From: Geosiphon pyriformis uo1
Taxonomy: Eukaryota > Fungi > Glomeromycota
Assembly: GCA_016748015.1 (NCBI GenBank)
Contig: JAAOMT010000222.1
Location: 685,924-749,923 of the forward strand
DNA: 64,000 nucleotides
Direction of reading: 5' to 3'
A program made the translations under genes and the position numbers. Shown here in pieces: positions 1 through 13,800 of the stretch. Under the pieces are notes generated by a model that worked only from the letters and a program-made list of their open reading frames with translations, was not told the origin of the DNA and did not search any database. Position 1 is the first letter of the stretch. Each line of letters opens with the position of its first letter.

Positions 1-1791
1 ATATTATTATCTTTACCAGTAAATTCTGGAATCTTTGCAATGTAAGCAGTTGCCATTTCTTCTTTGTTTTCTGTAGTTTCTCTTTATTCTGATTCAGTTT
101 CCTTACTTTCCAAGTTCTCTGAATAATTACTTTCATTTTCTTGTAAGTAATCAATAATATTGGTGCTGGTTGATATTGGTTTCTGTTGTTAAGTAGGATT
201 TCTAGATAACTGAAAGTTTTCTGGTTTGGAGAAACAGTTAAGTGGTGAATTTGGTGTTTGTAATCGAGCAAGTAAAATTGGAAATAGTGTAATAGAAAGT
301 GGTAATTTGATACTGGTTTTTTGTTCAGGTGTTTGTAAGTATTTGGTAGTTGTTCTTGGTGTTTTTGGAGTATTTGAAGTGGTACTTAAGTGTTGTTTTA
401 GTTTTTGTTTGTCTTTGTTGCTTGTTTTTGTCTCTGATTTAAAGTCAATAGAGTATTTAAACTGTACTAGATATGTTTTTTCACAATACTTGATAATGTT
501 AAAATTAAGTTCTTGGAAGTAGGTGGCAAGTGTTTCATTGTTAAGGTCTTTAGTTTTCAACTGTAAATAGTGTACTAAATTATTATAGAAGTTGCTTCTA
601 ACTTCTGAGATATTGTAATTTCTAAGAAGATAATTATTGATATGGTTTTCAATATACTAGTAAAGTGTCTTCTTAACAATTTCAATTCTGTCTGGAATGT
701 TGAATTTCTGCTTGTAATGGGTGTAAATTAACTGATAATACTCTAGAGTTGTTGTGTCTGATATGGTTGTCACTTTGAATTTGTTGTTGCTGTGTTATTT
801 CTGTGGAAGAGCACCAAATATTACTGGAGGTTTTTGGTCTTTTTTCTTGAATGTTTTTAATGTTAATTTGCTGTGAATTTACATTCTCAGGAAGTAGTTA
901 GACCTCTAATAACTAAATTTATCTTTAAATTATCTCCTATAATTTGAACTGCTGGGCTTATAAGTGAAATAGCCAATTCTATGCCAGTTACTTTGTGTAG
1001 TTGCATTGTAGTAAATGTCAACTCTTTCCCAGGAATTGTTTATCTGGAAGCTCACTAAAAATGTGTAGTTACTTTGCTGTAAAAGTCAATTTTTTTACAG
1101 AAATCTCATCTGTAGACTACTCTAATAATTATAATAAGAAAAGAAAAAAAAAATAAAAAAAATGTAAAAGAAATAGAATTTTATCAAGAAAAACGTTTTT
1201 TATCTAGGCCTAAAGTTACTAACAGATTACTGAAATTGGTAGCTAATCAATTTCAAAACGTTAGTTTGTGTTAAAGAAGTTTCAAGTATAATAATTAAAG
1301 AATTTGGTTTTCGAATATTTAATTTTTTATTTGAATGTGTAAAAGATAATTTGTTTTAATTAAGATATCTAAAGTAGAATGCTATGGTAAGATACTATGA
1401 AAAGATACATTTTTTTGAAGAGAGAAGCTCTTCTTTTATACAACTTGTTATAGTACTAGTCTTTGAACTTGCACTTTTTTTTTTGCTACAATTTGGGTAA
1501 ACTAAAAATACATTTCGGTGAACTACAAGTTATTTCACTGAACTATTTGATTATTTCGGCCAATTTCCATTAATTTCGGCGAATTTTGACTATGTTAAAT
1601 GGTTCAGGGTATTGTGTAATTTGATTATCTTAATTTTTAGAGTACAAATTGAATTATTGATTGAGTAATGATATTTGATAATTTGATTAAATAATAAGTA
1701 ATAATCGAAATAATAATAATATATGCTAATTAATAATAGAAATTATGAGGGTAATTTTATACTAATTAATAGCTAAATTCTATTGGTAACA
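1..1791 (-). mobile_element. 5' portion of a Ty3/Gypsy LTR retrotransposon (subfamily B'), continuing off the left edge
   Basis: LTR 819-1791, then PBS (rc TTTGGTGCTCTTCC, 805-818), then a degenerate gag matching 31070-31880 (LNNETLATYFQELNFNIIKYC; MATAYIAKIPEF). Confidence 0.9.
819..1791 (-). repeat. 5' LTR, subfamily B' (~973 bp)
   Basis: Termini TGTTA..TAATA (decayed TAACA). Aligns along its length with the split LTR 23802-24249/44243-44758, and more distantly with 30085-31065. Confidence 0.9.
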
Positions 1792-2790
1792 AAATCTAAC
1801 AACTTATGTTTAAAGAACTTGCCAAAAATACCATTACTATTAACAAAATTTATTATTAATACCACTTTTTTTTTTACTTGTACCTAATTAAAAGGTCTCA
1901 AATTGAACAAAAATAAATAATAGACAGCTTTATTAAAAAAATCTCTAAACAAACATGCCTTGAACTTTAGCCTTTTTTTGATTAAACAGTTTTATTTTTT
2001 ATATATACTTTTGCTAATAAAACTAAATTAAGTTCTGTATTCAATAATAGGTTGTAAAATAACTAAGACCAAATAGAAAAACTACTTATCCAAAATAGTT
2101 TTGTACAAGACCACAAATGAAAAAAACTTCACATCTGAATTTGTTTTTTTCAAACTTAGATTAAAAAGATTCTTAATTAACAGAAAAATACCCAAGTATC
2201 AATGAGTTTTATCTACTTTTACAATCGAAATAGGTAGTTTGTTTATGCTCAAAAAAATTTTGCTGGCTTTTAAATTGATTAAAATAGCTACTGTCTTATT
2301 TGTATTTATTGAAATATCTATAATATTAAAAAATTTGCTAGCAATATTCAATATATTTTGTGTTTCTATATAATAATTGTTAATTCAAATTGTATTATTC
2401 ACATAAGCTTCAACTGTTAAATAGAAGATTAGATCTGTATTTAATTTAATTCTGCTTATTTTAGCAACAAATCTAAAGTTAACACAATATTTGAACAAAA
2501 ATTTTTGTTTTTTTACTTAAAATAAAAAAAATTGTAAAAGATTTTTCAAAAAAAAAATAAAAAAATCTCTTCTTAATTCAATCTGTTATGAACTTTATAA
2601 TCCTTAAACAATTTAAAGTTTGTCATAACTTTATTTGTGCAATTATTATAAATATGGCCAAAAAACTTAATAAACTTATTATATATTTTGATTTGAATTA
2701 AGCTGTTTTTCAGATATAGTCAGTTCATTGAATTATATGCTTTTTGCATATTCTAAAACATTAACCAGATTTCTCTTTTTAGTATTCATA
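1792..2790 (-). pseudogene. Heavily decayed LINE reverse-transcriptase fragment
   Basis: Colinear with LINE ORF2 at ~13500-14640 (e.g. AATAGCTACTGTCTT shared). The rc of ~2386-2409 reads AYVNNTI, the decayed YVDD motif (AFVDDTIW in the intact LINE). Confidence 0.75.
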
Positions 2791-3980
2791 ATATTTAATA
2801 AATTTTATAAAAAAAAATTAAAAAATAATAATAATTAACAATAATTTATTATTAAAAATAAAAAAACAGAAGCAATAATAAAAACTTGTAATTTTATATT
2901 TTTTAAAATCTGTTATGTTTTTTATTTACAATATTAAAATAATTTTAAAATACCAAAAAAATATATTTTAATTTAATTTGTTTTTACTTTTATATTAATT
3001 TTAAAATGAATTATTATAAAAAAAAACTACATAATATAAAACTTAAATTATATAAAAAATTATTACAATTTATTACAAAAAAAGCAAAAATAGTAGTTAT
3101 AATTATTATTTAAATCTATTATAAAATTAAGTAATATATCAACAAAAATTACTTAATACTAATAAAAAACACCAAAAAATATGTTAACAAAAATTCAAAA
3201 ATTAGTTACAAAAAAAACCAGCAAAAATTAGAAACATCTGTCAAACATCCAAAAAAATTGTTATATAATTAGTAAAAAAAACAATGAATTTATTTGTTAA
3301 AAAACAAATTTTATTATTTTTTATTAAAAAATAAAATACAAATTTTATTAAAAATAGTATTATTATTAATATTAACTTTACAAATATTTAAAACTTTTAG
3401 CTATATTGAAAAACTTAAACAATATAATTGAAAAAACATATTAATTATAAATAGATACTTATTACTATTTTAAAAGTTTTTTTTTTACCAAAATTTAAAG
3501 TGCAGTTTGAAAACTGTAAAGAAAAATTAAAATTAAAATCTAAAAAAAAACTTATTAAAAAATTAGAAATAAAACCAATTACAAAACAAGTTACTAAAAT
3601 AAGCAACCAGTCTAAAAATCATAAAACCCATAATTAAGAATCTTTTAATAATCAAAACTCTTTGAAAGATATATATAAAAACATAATTTTATTATTACTA
3701 CTAGTAGAAAATGATGACAAAATAACTATATTATATATCACAGATTTTTCAGAAAAAAAAAGATATAAACATGTATACATGGTAGAAAAGCCCAAAAAAC
3801 AGCAAGTACATGAGTTATATCTAATTTAGAACACTTTTCTGTTGCATTGTATTGAGTTTTAAAGTTCTCAACTAATTTGGATGCTTTTTTACATATCTTT
3901 AATCTTAACTATAAATTTTTGAATTTTTCAAACAGATAATAACTGACTGTTAAAAAATAACAAAATTTTCCGAGAGCATT

Positions 3981-4088
3981 CACGTGGTTCCAACTACAAT
4001 GGATGCTTAGGTCAAGGTAGTTTCGTCACTAATCGCCCTATAAACTACGCCTTGTAATACTTGTATAGACGACCAACACGTATAAATA
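3981..4088 (+). promoter_or_regulatory. Putative SPT16 core promoter (E-box CACGTG 3981-3986; TATAAATA 4081-4088)
   Basis: Motifs lie 90-200 nt upstream of the ATG, at the start of the CpG-retaining island. Motif match only. Confidence 0.3.
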
Positions 4089-4177
4089 CAGCTTATTTCA
4101 AGTGACTGTACAAGTAGCGGTAGTTGAATCGACCAACTTCACCTTAACTAAGCAATAATTTTGATCTCGGTCCAAAA

Positions 4178-7100
4178 ATGCGCGAAGGAAGAGAACAGCT
4201 TCGTTTTGACGCCAAAACGTTTCATAAACGCGCTCGTACTTTTTTGTCTTCTTGGAAGGTTTGTCTTGAGTGAATCACGGGTCCTTCATGCCTGAGACAG
4301 GGTGGTGTTTGCTACCAGAAAAAAACGCGTCTGGTTCAATTTTGGAAATCTAAGGGAAATTCCGGACTAACTCCGTGAATTATTATACATTCATCGGCTT
4401 GCTTGCTGAAAATATGTGGGTTTGCGTTAGGCTTCATTAAATAGAGGTCCTTCCGATGAACTTTTCAAAGGCGCCACAGCCATCCTTATCGCTGTAGGTG
4501 ACATGGTTGATGAGTATCCATATCAAAAATCTTTGGCTTTCGAGGTATTCATTAATAGTGTGTTAAAAACCGAGTAATTCTTTAAAAAAAAACATTTTTT
4601 GACACAAAGCACTTTATTATTCATTAGGCCTGGCTGTTGGGCAATGAAATATCAGGAGTATTACTTCTTTTAACGCCTGAAAAGATTCACTTTGTTACAA
4701 ACGAAAATAAAGGTCCCAAATAATTATTTCAGAATTTTTTACACTGCAAAAACTCATATTTTGCCAATTTCTAGCTGCGTTATTGGAGGATTTAAAACAA
4801 GGAGAGAAGCAGGTACCGATCGAAATACATAAGCGAACAAGAGATTCCAACCATAATCGTAAACTATTTGAGCAAATCGCTGCTATTGTAAAGGAAATCA
4901 GCCCAGAGGTAATTCAAAAAGTTTAAAATAAACCTCGTTTTTATTTATCACCTGTAAAAACACGTGAATTTCAATCAATAGAAGCGAATAGGAATAATAC
5001 CTAAACAAAGATACTCCGGGGGTTTTATAGAAGACTGGAACAAGGTCTATGATGAGATAAAAACTGATTTGGTGGAAGTTGATGTTTCGTCCGGTGTGGC
5101 ATCGTCCCTAGCAATCAAAGATGAGGATGAACTGGTAAATAGTTTGTACATCTTCTCTCAATGCTCCTAATGATTAATTTATTTTGATTGTTCAAATAGA
5201 AAACTATACGTAACGCAAGCAAGATAAGTTCCCTTATAATGAGGCGTGTTTATGACACACTGGGGACTATAATCGATGAAGGCAAGGACATGACTCATGA
5301 AAAATTTGCCGACGAAATTCAAATAATGTTCGAAGATGATAAATGGCTTGAAGGTCGTATTTCTGGTCAAGATGTAAGAATACCTTTAGGTATCTTGAAA
5401 AGTCTCAGCGATCATCTCAATCTCTCAAAATAATGTTTTTTTAATATTATCTCAAAGCTTGATTTCGGAAAGCTGGAATCATGTTACACCCCAATTATTC
5501 AGAGTGGTGGAAATTACGATTTGAAAACATCGGCCCAATCTGACGAAGGAAAACTACACACTGAAATTGGTGGAATTGTTCTTTGCTCATTAGGTGCCCG
5601 ATATAAGTATTATTGCTCAAATATCGGAAGGACAATATTAATACAGCCAAATAAAGTATGTTATTAATATTACTCCTGCTTGCAATAAACCATGTAAGTA
5701 AATCGATGATTTTGACCTTGATCTGCTTTTTTTCGAAATAGACCCAGGAAAAGAATTATCAGTTCCTGATAGACCTTCAACGCCACGTAGTGGATACAGT
5801 CAAGGATGGCACAAAAATACGCGACGTATATTCTAAAGCTATTGACTTTATCAAAAATAAAAGGCCTGACCTGGAAAAATTTTTTTTAAAGACTATTGGT
5901 TTTGGGGTAGTGTCTTCCTATTCAATTGGTTTTGAAAGTTTTATATATATACACATATATGTGGCTGCCTTCATACTCTCACTTTTTTTAACAGATGGGT
6001 CTTGAATTCAGAGAAGGAAATTATATATTAAGTCCAAAAAATACTAGAGAGCTTAAGAATGGTATGATTTTAAATCTCTCTCTAGGATTTCAAGGTTTAG
6101 TCAATGAGAATCCGACAGACGAGCAGAGTAAAAGGCAGGGATTCAAATTTTCTTATTTATCAAATAGCTTCTTTGAAACATTCTTTGTATTAGTAAGAGA
6201 CTAATCACAAGATCATTTTATAGTTATTCACTGTTAATAATTGATACTATTCGAGTAACCAACGAAAGATCTGCCATTTTGACGGATTTTTCGAAAAAGC
6301 TTGATTCCGTATCCTATACTTTCAAAGTACACTATCTGGATTAATTCTTTTAATAAAAATGGTACTCGCCTCTAAGTCGATTTTTTCTTTCTTTAAAGGA
6401 TGAAACAGAGAGCGATCAAGAAGCCAAGAAAGAAAACAAACGGCCTGCTAAGCCAACCGAAACCAAAAAATCGCCCCCTAAAAAAAGTGCTGTTCTGAGA
6501 TCAAAATTCCGGAGCGAGGAACAGGTTGGAGTTTTCTCGTGCAAATTGCTCTTGGGCATATTATGCGTACGATAATCATTTCAAATATAAATAGCATGAA
6601 ACACCAGATCAAAGGCGCCGGCAACATCAAAGGGAGCTAGCTGCACAAAAACAAGCTGAAGGGTTAGCTAGGTTTGCAGAGTCTGACGATCCTCAAACCA
6701 GTCAACAACAAGCAGTTTTTCAAAAGTTTGAAAGCTATAAACGGGATTCTTCTATGCCAAAGGAGATTAAAGAATTGAAGGTATGAAGAAAAGATCTCAA
6801 ATATGGTAGAGGCTTTTTACGCTGACTCAACTTTTAGATTGTTGTAGATCCTAGAAATGATTCGATTATCTTGCCTATCTTTGGTCTCGCGGTCCCTTTT
6901 CATATCTCAACTTTGAAAAACGCCAGCAAAACTGAGGAAGGTGATTATGTCTATCTACGTCTCAATTTTTTAACCCCCAATCAAGCCACCGGGAAAAAAG
7001 AAGATATGGTGAGTTGCTTTTCTTACGGAGATAATGGAGTTTAAAATACTTCAAATTAAATTCGAATATGCTTCCTATTTTGCACTTGAGCCTTTCGATG

Positions 7101-9177
7101 ATTCCGATGCCAATTTTGTCCGTGCTGTTACTTACCGAAGCACTGATCCGTATTTGTCTGAAGTTCATAAGAAAATACTTGACCTTAAAAAAACTGCTGC
7201 CAAAAAGTAAGATTTTTTCTACGAGAAAGGCATATCCGTTCAATATCCAATTGAATACTCGTTTTTATTAATTAGGGAAGCAGAGAGAAAGGAAAGAGCA
7301 GACATCATTGAGCAAGATAAACTTATCGAGTTGAGAGGTCGTAACATTTTTTTTTTTCAAACTAATCATTCATCATTCTGATTGTATCACTAATTGCTGT
7401 GTATTCAGGTCGACGACCTCAGCGTTTGCCTGATGTCTTTGCGAGACCAGGACTCGAAGGAAAACGGGCTCCTGGGGAACTGGAGATTCACCAGAATGGC
7501 TTGAGATACAACTCAAGTAAAACTAATCAAAAAATAGGTTAGGCCTTATATTTTTTCAGTATGATATACAAACTTCCTTATTATTTATCGCTGTACCCAT
7601 AATTTGGGTTTTAATAGATATATTATTCAGTAATGTCCAGCATCTCTTTTTTCAACCTTGCGATCATGAGCTTATTGTTCTGTTGCACGTCCATTTGAAG
7701 AATCCTGTTATGATCGGAAAGAAAAAGACAAAAGTAAATTTTCGGTTATAAATGATCTGGGTTTCTTTGATTTCTACTTGACCGTCTTTCTTTTCTCCTT
7801 TAATAGGATATTCAATTTTACCGCGAGGCATCTGATGTTCAGTTTGACGAAACTGGAAATCGAAAAAGGAAATATCGATACGGTGATGAGGACGAGTTGG
7901 GAGCCGAGCAGGAAGAAAGAAGAAGAAGGATATTATTGAACAAAGAATTTAAATTATTTGCTGAAAAAATCTTTGAAGCGGTGAGTAATGAGTAATTAAT
8001 GTTCTAGAAATATAAACTAACTCTTTGAATCATTTTTATCTAAATCTAGAGTGAAGCGGTGAGTAATAAGTCATTAATGATTTCGAAATATAAATAAGTG
8101 GTTAAATAAATTCATTTTCTATACGTAGAGTGATGGAAGATTTGAAATCGATGTTCCTTATAGAGATCTAGGCTTCAACGGCGTGCCATATAGGACCAAC
8201 GTATTACTTCAACCTACCACCGAATGTTTAGTACATCTAACTGATCCCCCTTTCTTGGTAATAACAATAGCCGACATCGAGGTTGCACATCTGGAGCGCG
8301 TAGTGGTAAGGAACTTGATAATTTCAAGGTGTCTCCTGTCGCCATGGATTTTATACAATTTTTTGGTTCATTATTTTATAGTATGGTTTGAAACACTTCG
8401 ATATCGTATTTGTCTTCAAAGATTACTCTCGGACACCTATTCATATCAACACAATTCCTATGGAACAATTGGAAAATGTAAAAGAATGGTTGGAGTAAGT
8501 AAAAAATTTCATAATTACCATTTCAAGCCCAGATAATAATAATTTTATATCTGCTCTTAGCTCCGTCGACGTGAGCTTTACCGAAGGACCTCATAATCTG
8601 AATTGGGGCCCAATTATGAAGACTATCAAAGAAAATCCTGCTGAATTTTACAGGATAGGGGGTTGGTCATTCTTAGACGAAGATGACAAAGTAATTTTAT
8701 TTTTGAAATGACTATTTGCTGAATTTTTTATAGATTCCTAAAGATTATTATTTCAATTTTTATAATTATAGGAAGGTTCTGGCGCATCTTCCGAATCTGG
8801 AAGTGAATATCAACAAAGTGAAAGCGAAGATTCAGAGAGTTCTGTAAGCAATATTAGTTTTGTTCTTAACTTCCAAGCCTTAATTCTATTTTTAAAATTT
8901 TCATATGATGGGAATTATCAAGAGTGACGAAAGTAGTTACGAAGATGATGCTTCTGATGATACTGAGGTGGATGAAAGTGATGAATCAGCTCCTGACTGG
9001 GACGAATTGGAGGAAAAGGCACGACGAGGTTTGTGCTTCTCTTTCAAGTCGAAATTGACTTCTTACAAATTTAGTAAAGCTCACTTAATGTTCTTTTCAG
9101 CTGATGAAAGAAAACAGGTAGCAAAACGAAAGGACACATCTGATGATGAGCGTAGCAAGAAAAAATTCAGGCACTAA
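4178..9177 (+). CDS. SPT16: FACT complex subunit Spt16/Cdc68, multi-exon
   Basis: Spliced translation gives the Spt16 motifs [110 protein letters not shown] and acidic DWDELEEKA. Approximate exons: 4178-4258, 4431-4544, 4628-4712, 4775-4908, 4982-5134, 5200-5373, 5458-5656, 5742-5907, 5995-6134, 6224-6326, 6399-6524, 6595-6780, 6838-7008, 7091-7207, 7276-7338, 7409-7537, 7618-7733, 7807-7980, (8050-8058), 8129-8305, 8382-8494, 8561-8690, 8772-8843, 8923-9028, 9101-9177. Confidence 0.96.
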
Positions 9178-10876
9178 GAGAGCTGATTAGCATTTAGGAT
9201 ATCGAAGATTCCAGGTATATCATCTGCCATTAAGAACAAATCATAATTATTTCAACTCACAAGTGGCAAATCATGACCATGTACCCTTAATTAGGAACTC
9301 GCTTTTTAAGCCATTAAAATTGATAATTCATATTTCAGACTTATTTCTTATTCCACCATGATGAATATAAATTTACCAGATACTACCTTAAGTAGTAAAA
9401 TCAACAAGATACTCCCCAATCGAACACGAATAATTAAATTTCGTGTTTGTAAAAAAACCTTTTGTATGGAAAAATTTTTATTAAAAATGACACATTTATA
9501 GTATAACGAGAACATCAGTTGCGAAATGGATTAATTATTTGTTTCGATTATGCGATATTCTATATATAGTATTAGGTAATTGAATATACGCGACGAATCG
9601 TGGCTAATGCACACCATAGTAACAGAAGTCGGTAGAAAAGCCTTTTACATCATCACACTCAAAAATCTAAAGCTTCGCTAGCGCAAATTCATCATTTCCA
9701 TCAATGGTCAGACTTACGACTCTGCGATCTTATTTGACATTTGTGATAATGGTTATCTAAGTGCAATGAAGCTGGTATTAGAGCAAATAAGGTTTAAGAG
9801 TGTAGTTGTGGGATTTTTTCCAACTTATTAGATTATCTTGTAAATCAAATTCATTGTCGTAGTTTGATCTTATTTAATTTATATAATATAAAACTAAAAC
9901 ACTTTACTTGATTTTTGAAGCCATTCATATAATATGACTATGTTGCGCTTTTTTGATTTTGTTATTCAATAATTTGGTTAAACTATTTTTTGTTTAAAAG
10001 CTTAGCTAAAGTTAATGTATATTGGTATTTTTATTTTAAATAAACATATATTTTAAGTATAGTTTATATTTGTTTTTAAAATATGTAATATAAAAATTAT
10101 AAACATATATTATTTAATAAAATTTTATTTAAAAAATATATAAAACAAGCTAAATTTATTTATTAATAATAATTTATTATTAATTTTTGTATTTGAATTA
10201 TTACAAATTTATTATTATTTACAATTATACAAATTACACACACATATATAATATTATTTTAAATTTTATTTTATATATACTTATAGTATAATTTAACTAT
10301 AAACTATTTTTATATAAACTAATTTCTGCATATTAAACATAAATTATACACAAATAATACATAATCAATTATTTAAGCCAATTAAGACTACATTATAATA
10401 TATATTATAAAAGTAATTTTATGTTAATTAATAATTTAATAATATTGTTAATAGCTATAATTAAAAATTATTATTAGATTTTTTAAATATATATTTTTAA
10501 TATTAATTGCTTTTAATAAACAAAATATTAAATATAAATAAATAATAATTTATAATTTTGATAAATAAGTTTATTATAAATAATTAATATAATTTATAAA
10601 AAAAATAAGCTTTAATTATTAAATATTAAATTAAATATCTTTTTTTAATACTAATATTATATATATATAATTTTTATAATACAAAATATTTAGTTATTTT
10701 TATATATTTTTTAAGTTATTGTTAATATTTAATTTTTATTATTATTATTATTATTATTATTTAACGAGTGAGGTCCACACACAACCTAGCACTATACATC
10801 AAAGAAATGATCTAAACTAGGCGTGAATCATGCACTTTCTACACGTGACCAGCCACTCAGGCCAGTCAGGACAACA

Positions 10877-13800
10877 CTATGCAGCTATATAGACAGAAGC
10901 TGAAACACCAATGCCAGAAAAAAACATACAAGACTTGCAAAAACCAAAATACACACCAAAAGCTTTATCAATACCAAGCAAATCAACCACACCAGCAGAA
11001 AGCCGTGAAGTCAAACCAGAGACCAAAGTAGGAAACGAACCATCCAAAGGAATCAGTCTGTGCTTTTCCATATAGGCACAGTGTTTGGCCCAAACCAACC
11101 AGATCTCATCTCTAAAAGTAAGGCCAAGAGAACATGCAAAATTAACAACCTTCAAACATGCCACTTTGGGATTATGGAAGACAGAGACAGCTTCACCGAA
11201 CCATTCATCAAAAACAAAACCCTTATGAAGGGTCATGAATACTGAGAACCCTGAAACACAAGACGATAACAACTGCAACAAAACCGAAGAAGAAACAGAA
11301 GAACCAGAAAGTGTTTTCCAAGTGTTCATGTGAGAATTTAACAACCGACACCGAGCAGAATCATCGACCTTACAAGAAAAAACATGATTCAACATCTCTA
11401 CATCACCACAATATAGACACAACACACTGGGATAAAGTCTATTATAAAGTCATTGTTACCGGAGGTTTTTAGTCTCTTTTCTGTAATGTTGTTGATACTT
11501 ATTTGCTGTGAATTCACGTTTTCTGGGTGTGGTTGAACCTCTAATAACTGAATTTATCTTCAAATTATCTCCTATAATTTGAACTGCTGGGCTTATAAGT
11601 GGAATGGCCAATTCCTTGCCAGTTATTTTATGTAGTTACATTGTAGTAAACGTCAACTTTTTCCCAAGAATTGCTTGTCTGGAAGCTCACTAAAATGTAT
11701 AGTTACTTTGCTGTGAAAGTCAACTCTTCTACAGGAATCTCATCTGTAGGCTACCCTAATGATTGTAATAAGAAAAAAAAAGGAAAATAAAAGAAATGTA
11801 AAAGAAATAGAATTTTGTCAAGAGAAACGTTTTCTATCCAGGCCTGGAGTCACTAACAGTTTACTGAAATTGATAGCTAATCAATTTCGAAATGTTAGTT
11901 GGTTTTTGGGGATTTTCCAAGGGCAATAATTAAAGAATTTGGTTTTTCAAATTATTTGGTATTTATTTCTTTTTGTGTGTATAGAAAATGGTTCTAAGTG
12001 CTAAATCTAAAGTAAGATACATTTTCTCGAAGAGAGATGCTCTTTTTTTATACAACTTGTTGTAACACTATTCTATGAACTTGAACTTTGCTATTTTCTA
12101 CAATTTCACTGAACTAAAGATACATTTCAGTAAACTACAAGTTATTTCGGTAAACTATTAGATATTTTGGTGAACTATCAATTATTTTGGCGAATTTCTA
12201 CAAATTTCGGCAAACTTTTGAATATTACATAGTTTAGGATATTGCATGATTGATCATTGCAATTAGGTTACATTTGTGTTGTGTACAATTTGGGTTATTA
12301 ATTAAATGATAATTTCAGATATTTTTGCTAATGTAATAAGTGATCATTTGAAATGATAATATATGCTAATTAATGATAAGAATTATAAGATAATTTCATG
12401 CTAAATAATATCTCTAATTTCATCTGGTAACACCATTTTCGAACAGCCACAGGCAACTGATGATGCAAAGCCTTCATAAAATAAGAGTGTGCATTAGCCG
12501 AAATCTTGCTAGTGAAACCGGTGGCCATATGCAAATCAGGATGCCACACCAAAGAAGAACGGGACCAATCAACATCAGCACACAAGTCGACAGGCAAAAA
12601 TTTAGAACCAGATCTCACCTCCCAATGTGCATGACATATGGCACAAAAAGTGTCACGGATGAAATGCCTTGAATTACCAGAAACAACGTTGCCATCAGCC
12701 ATCAAAAAGTGTTCATCCAGGCGAGGAGGAAAAAACCAGTCAGAAACAGAAATAGCACCAGCAATTACATCAGCATGCTCGTTTCCCAAAATTCCAGAAT
12801 GACTTTTGACTTTGTGCCAGGTAACTCTTAGGCTCTTACTGTATATGACGTTGGCAATGTGCTGACACTCAACCCAACACCGATTACGGAAATCAGGAAC
12901 CACCAGACCCAATTCCGATTTGCAAGCATCCAAAGCAGACTGACTATCCAAAAATAAATGTACATTACTAAAAACAGGAACACACTCGAGAGTCAACGCA
13001 ATTGCCTGTAACTCAGCCATGGTAGATAACATCAACCCAGACACGCCAACTCCCAAACTCATACCAATGTCCTTGAAAAAAGCCACAGCACCCGCTTCAC
13101 AGCCAACTGTACTCAAATTTCTCAATAACCCATTAGTGTAGACCAATAGCACCCTTGCATTAACTTGCGAAAGACGATCGCAGACAGACACAAAATCAAA
13201 GGAACCCAGAATGTTCAAGAGACTAATATTAGCAAGAAGAGGAATGCGGGCAGGAGAGAAATTCTCACTAGCAAGAAACACAGCAGAAAGTCTAAACTAT
13301 TCAGGAATAGGGCCACGGGGGTCCAGTTTCTTCCATTGCTTAAATGTGAACCAATCAAAGACAGTACCATAATAATCACGAAGTTGGTCTACAAAGGCCA
13401 CACCATACCACCGAAGTGAGGGAAGACACCTAGAGAAAACTGATTTACCCAAAACAGTCGACATGGGCATCCCACTATTGGCACGAAAGGAATTGGGAGA
13501 GGATCCACCCAAGGACAATTTGCAATTATAAAGCACACAAACCAAACCTGCCAAAAAATTATTAGAGGTGCTAACATGAATGCGAACAGGAGAACTCAAT
13601 GGATGAATAAAGCACCAACATAAAACCTGTAGGTCATGAGACCTATGAGAGAACAAACGTCCTACAATCCTACCAAAGTTGGCAAAATTAATAAGAGAAG
13701 CAACTTTGCCTTCAGACTGAATTTGCAGGAAAGATCTCAAACCATAAAAGGAGGGGTGGTGAATTGAATCACTAGGAAAATTGAGCAAAAGTCCAGATTT

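Noticed and set aside
2800-3950. AT-rich tract as a gene or DNA transposon (likewise 9950-10735)
   Set aside because: Too eroded; no motif, terminal repeat or TSD I can support.
5179-9177. Small ORFs as separate genes
   Set aside because: They are SPT16 exons reading into introns, off-frame overlaps or antisense shadows.
12370-12432. C-terminus of the 303-aa ORF (CYQMKLEIL..)
   Set aside because: Read-through into the inserted solo LTR.
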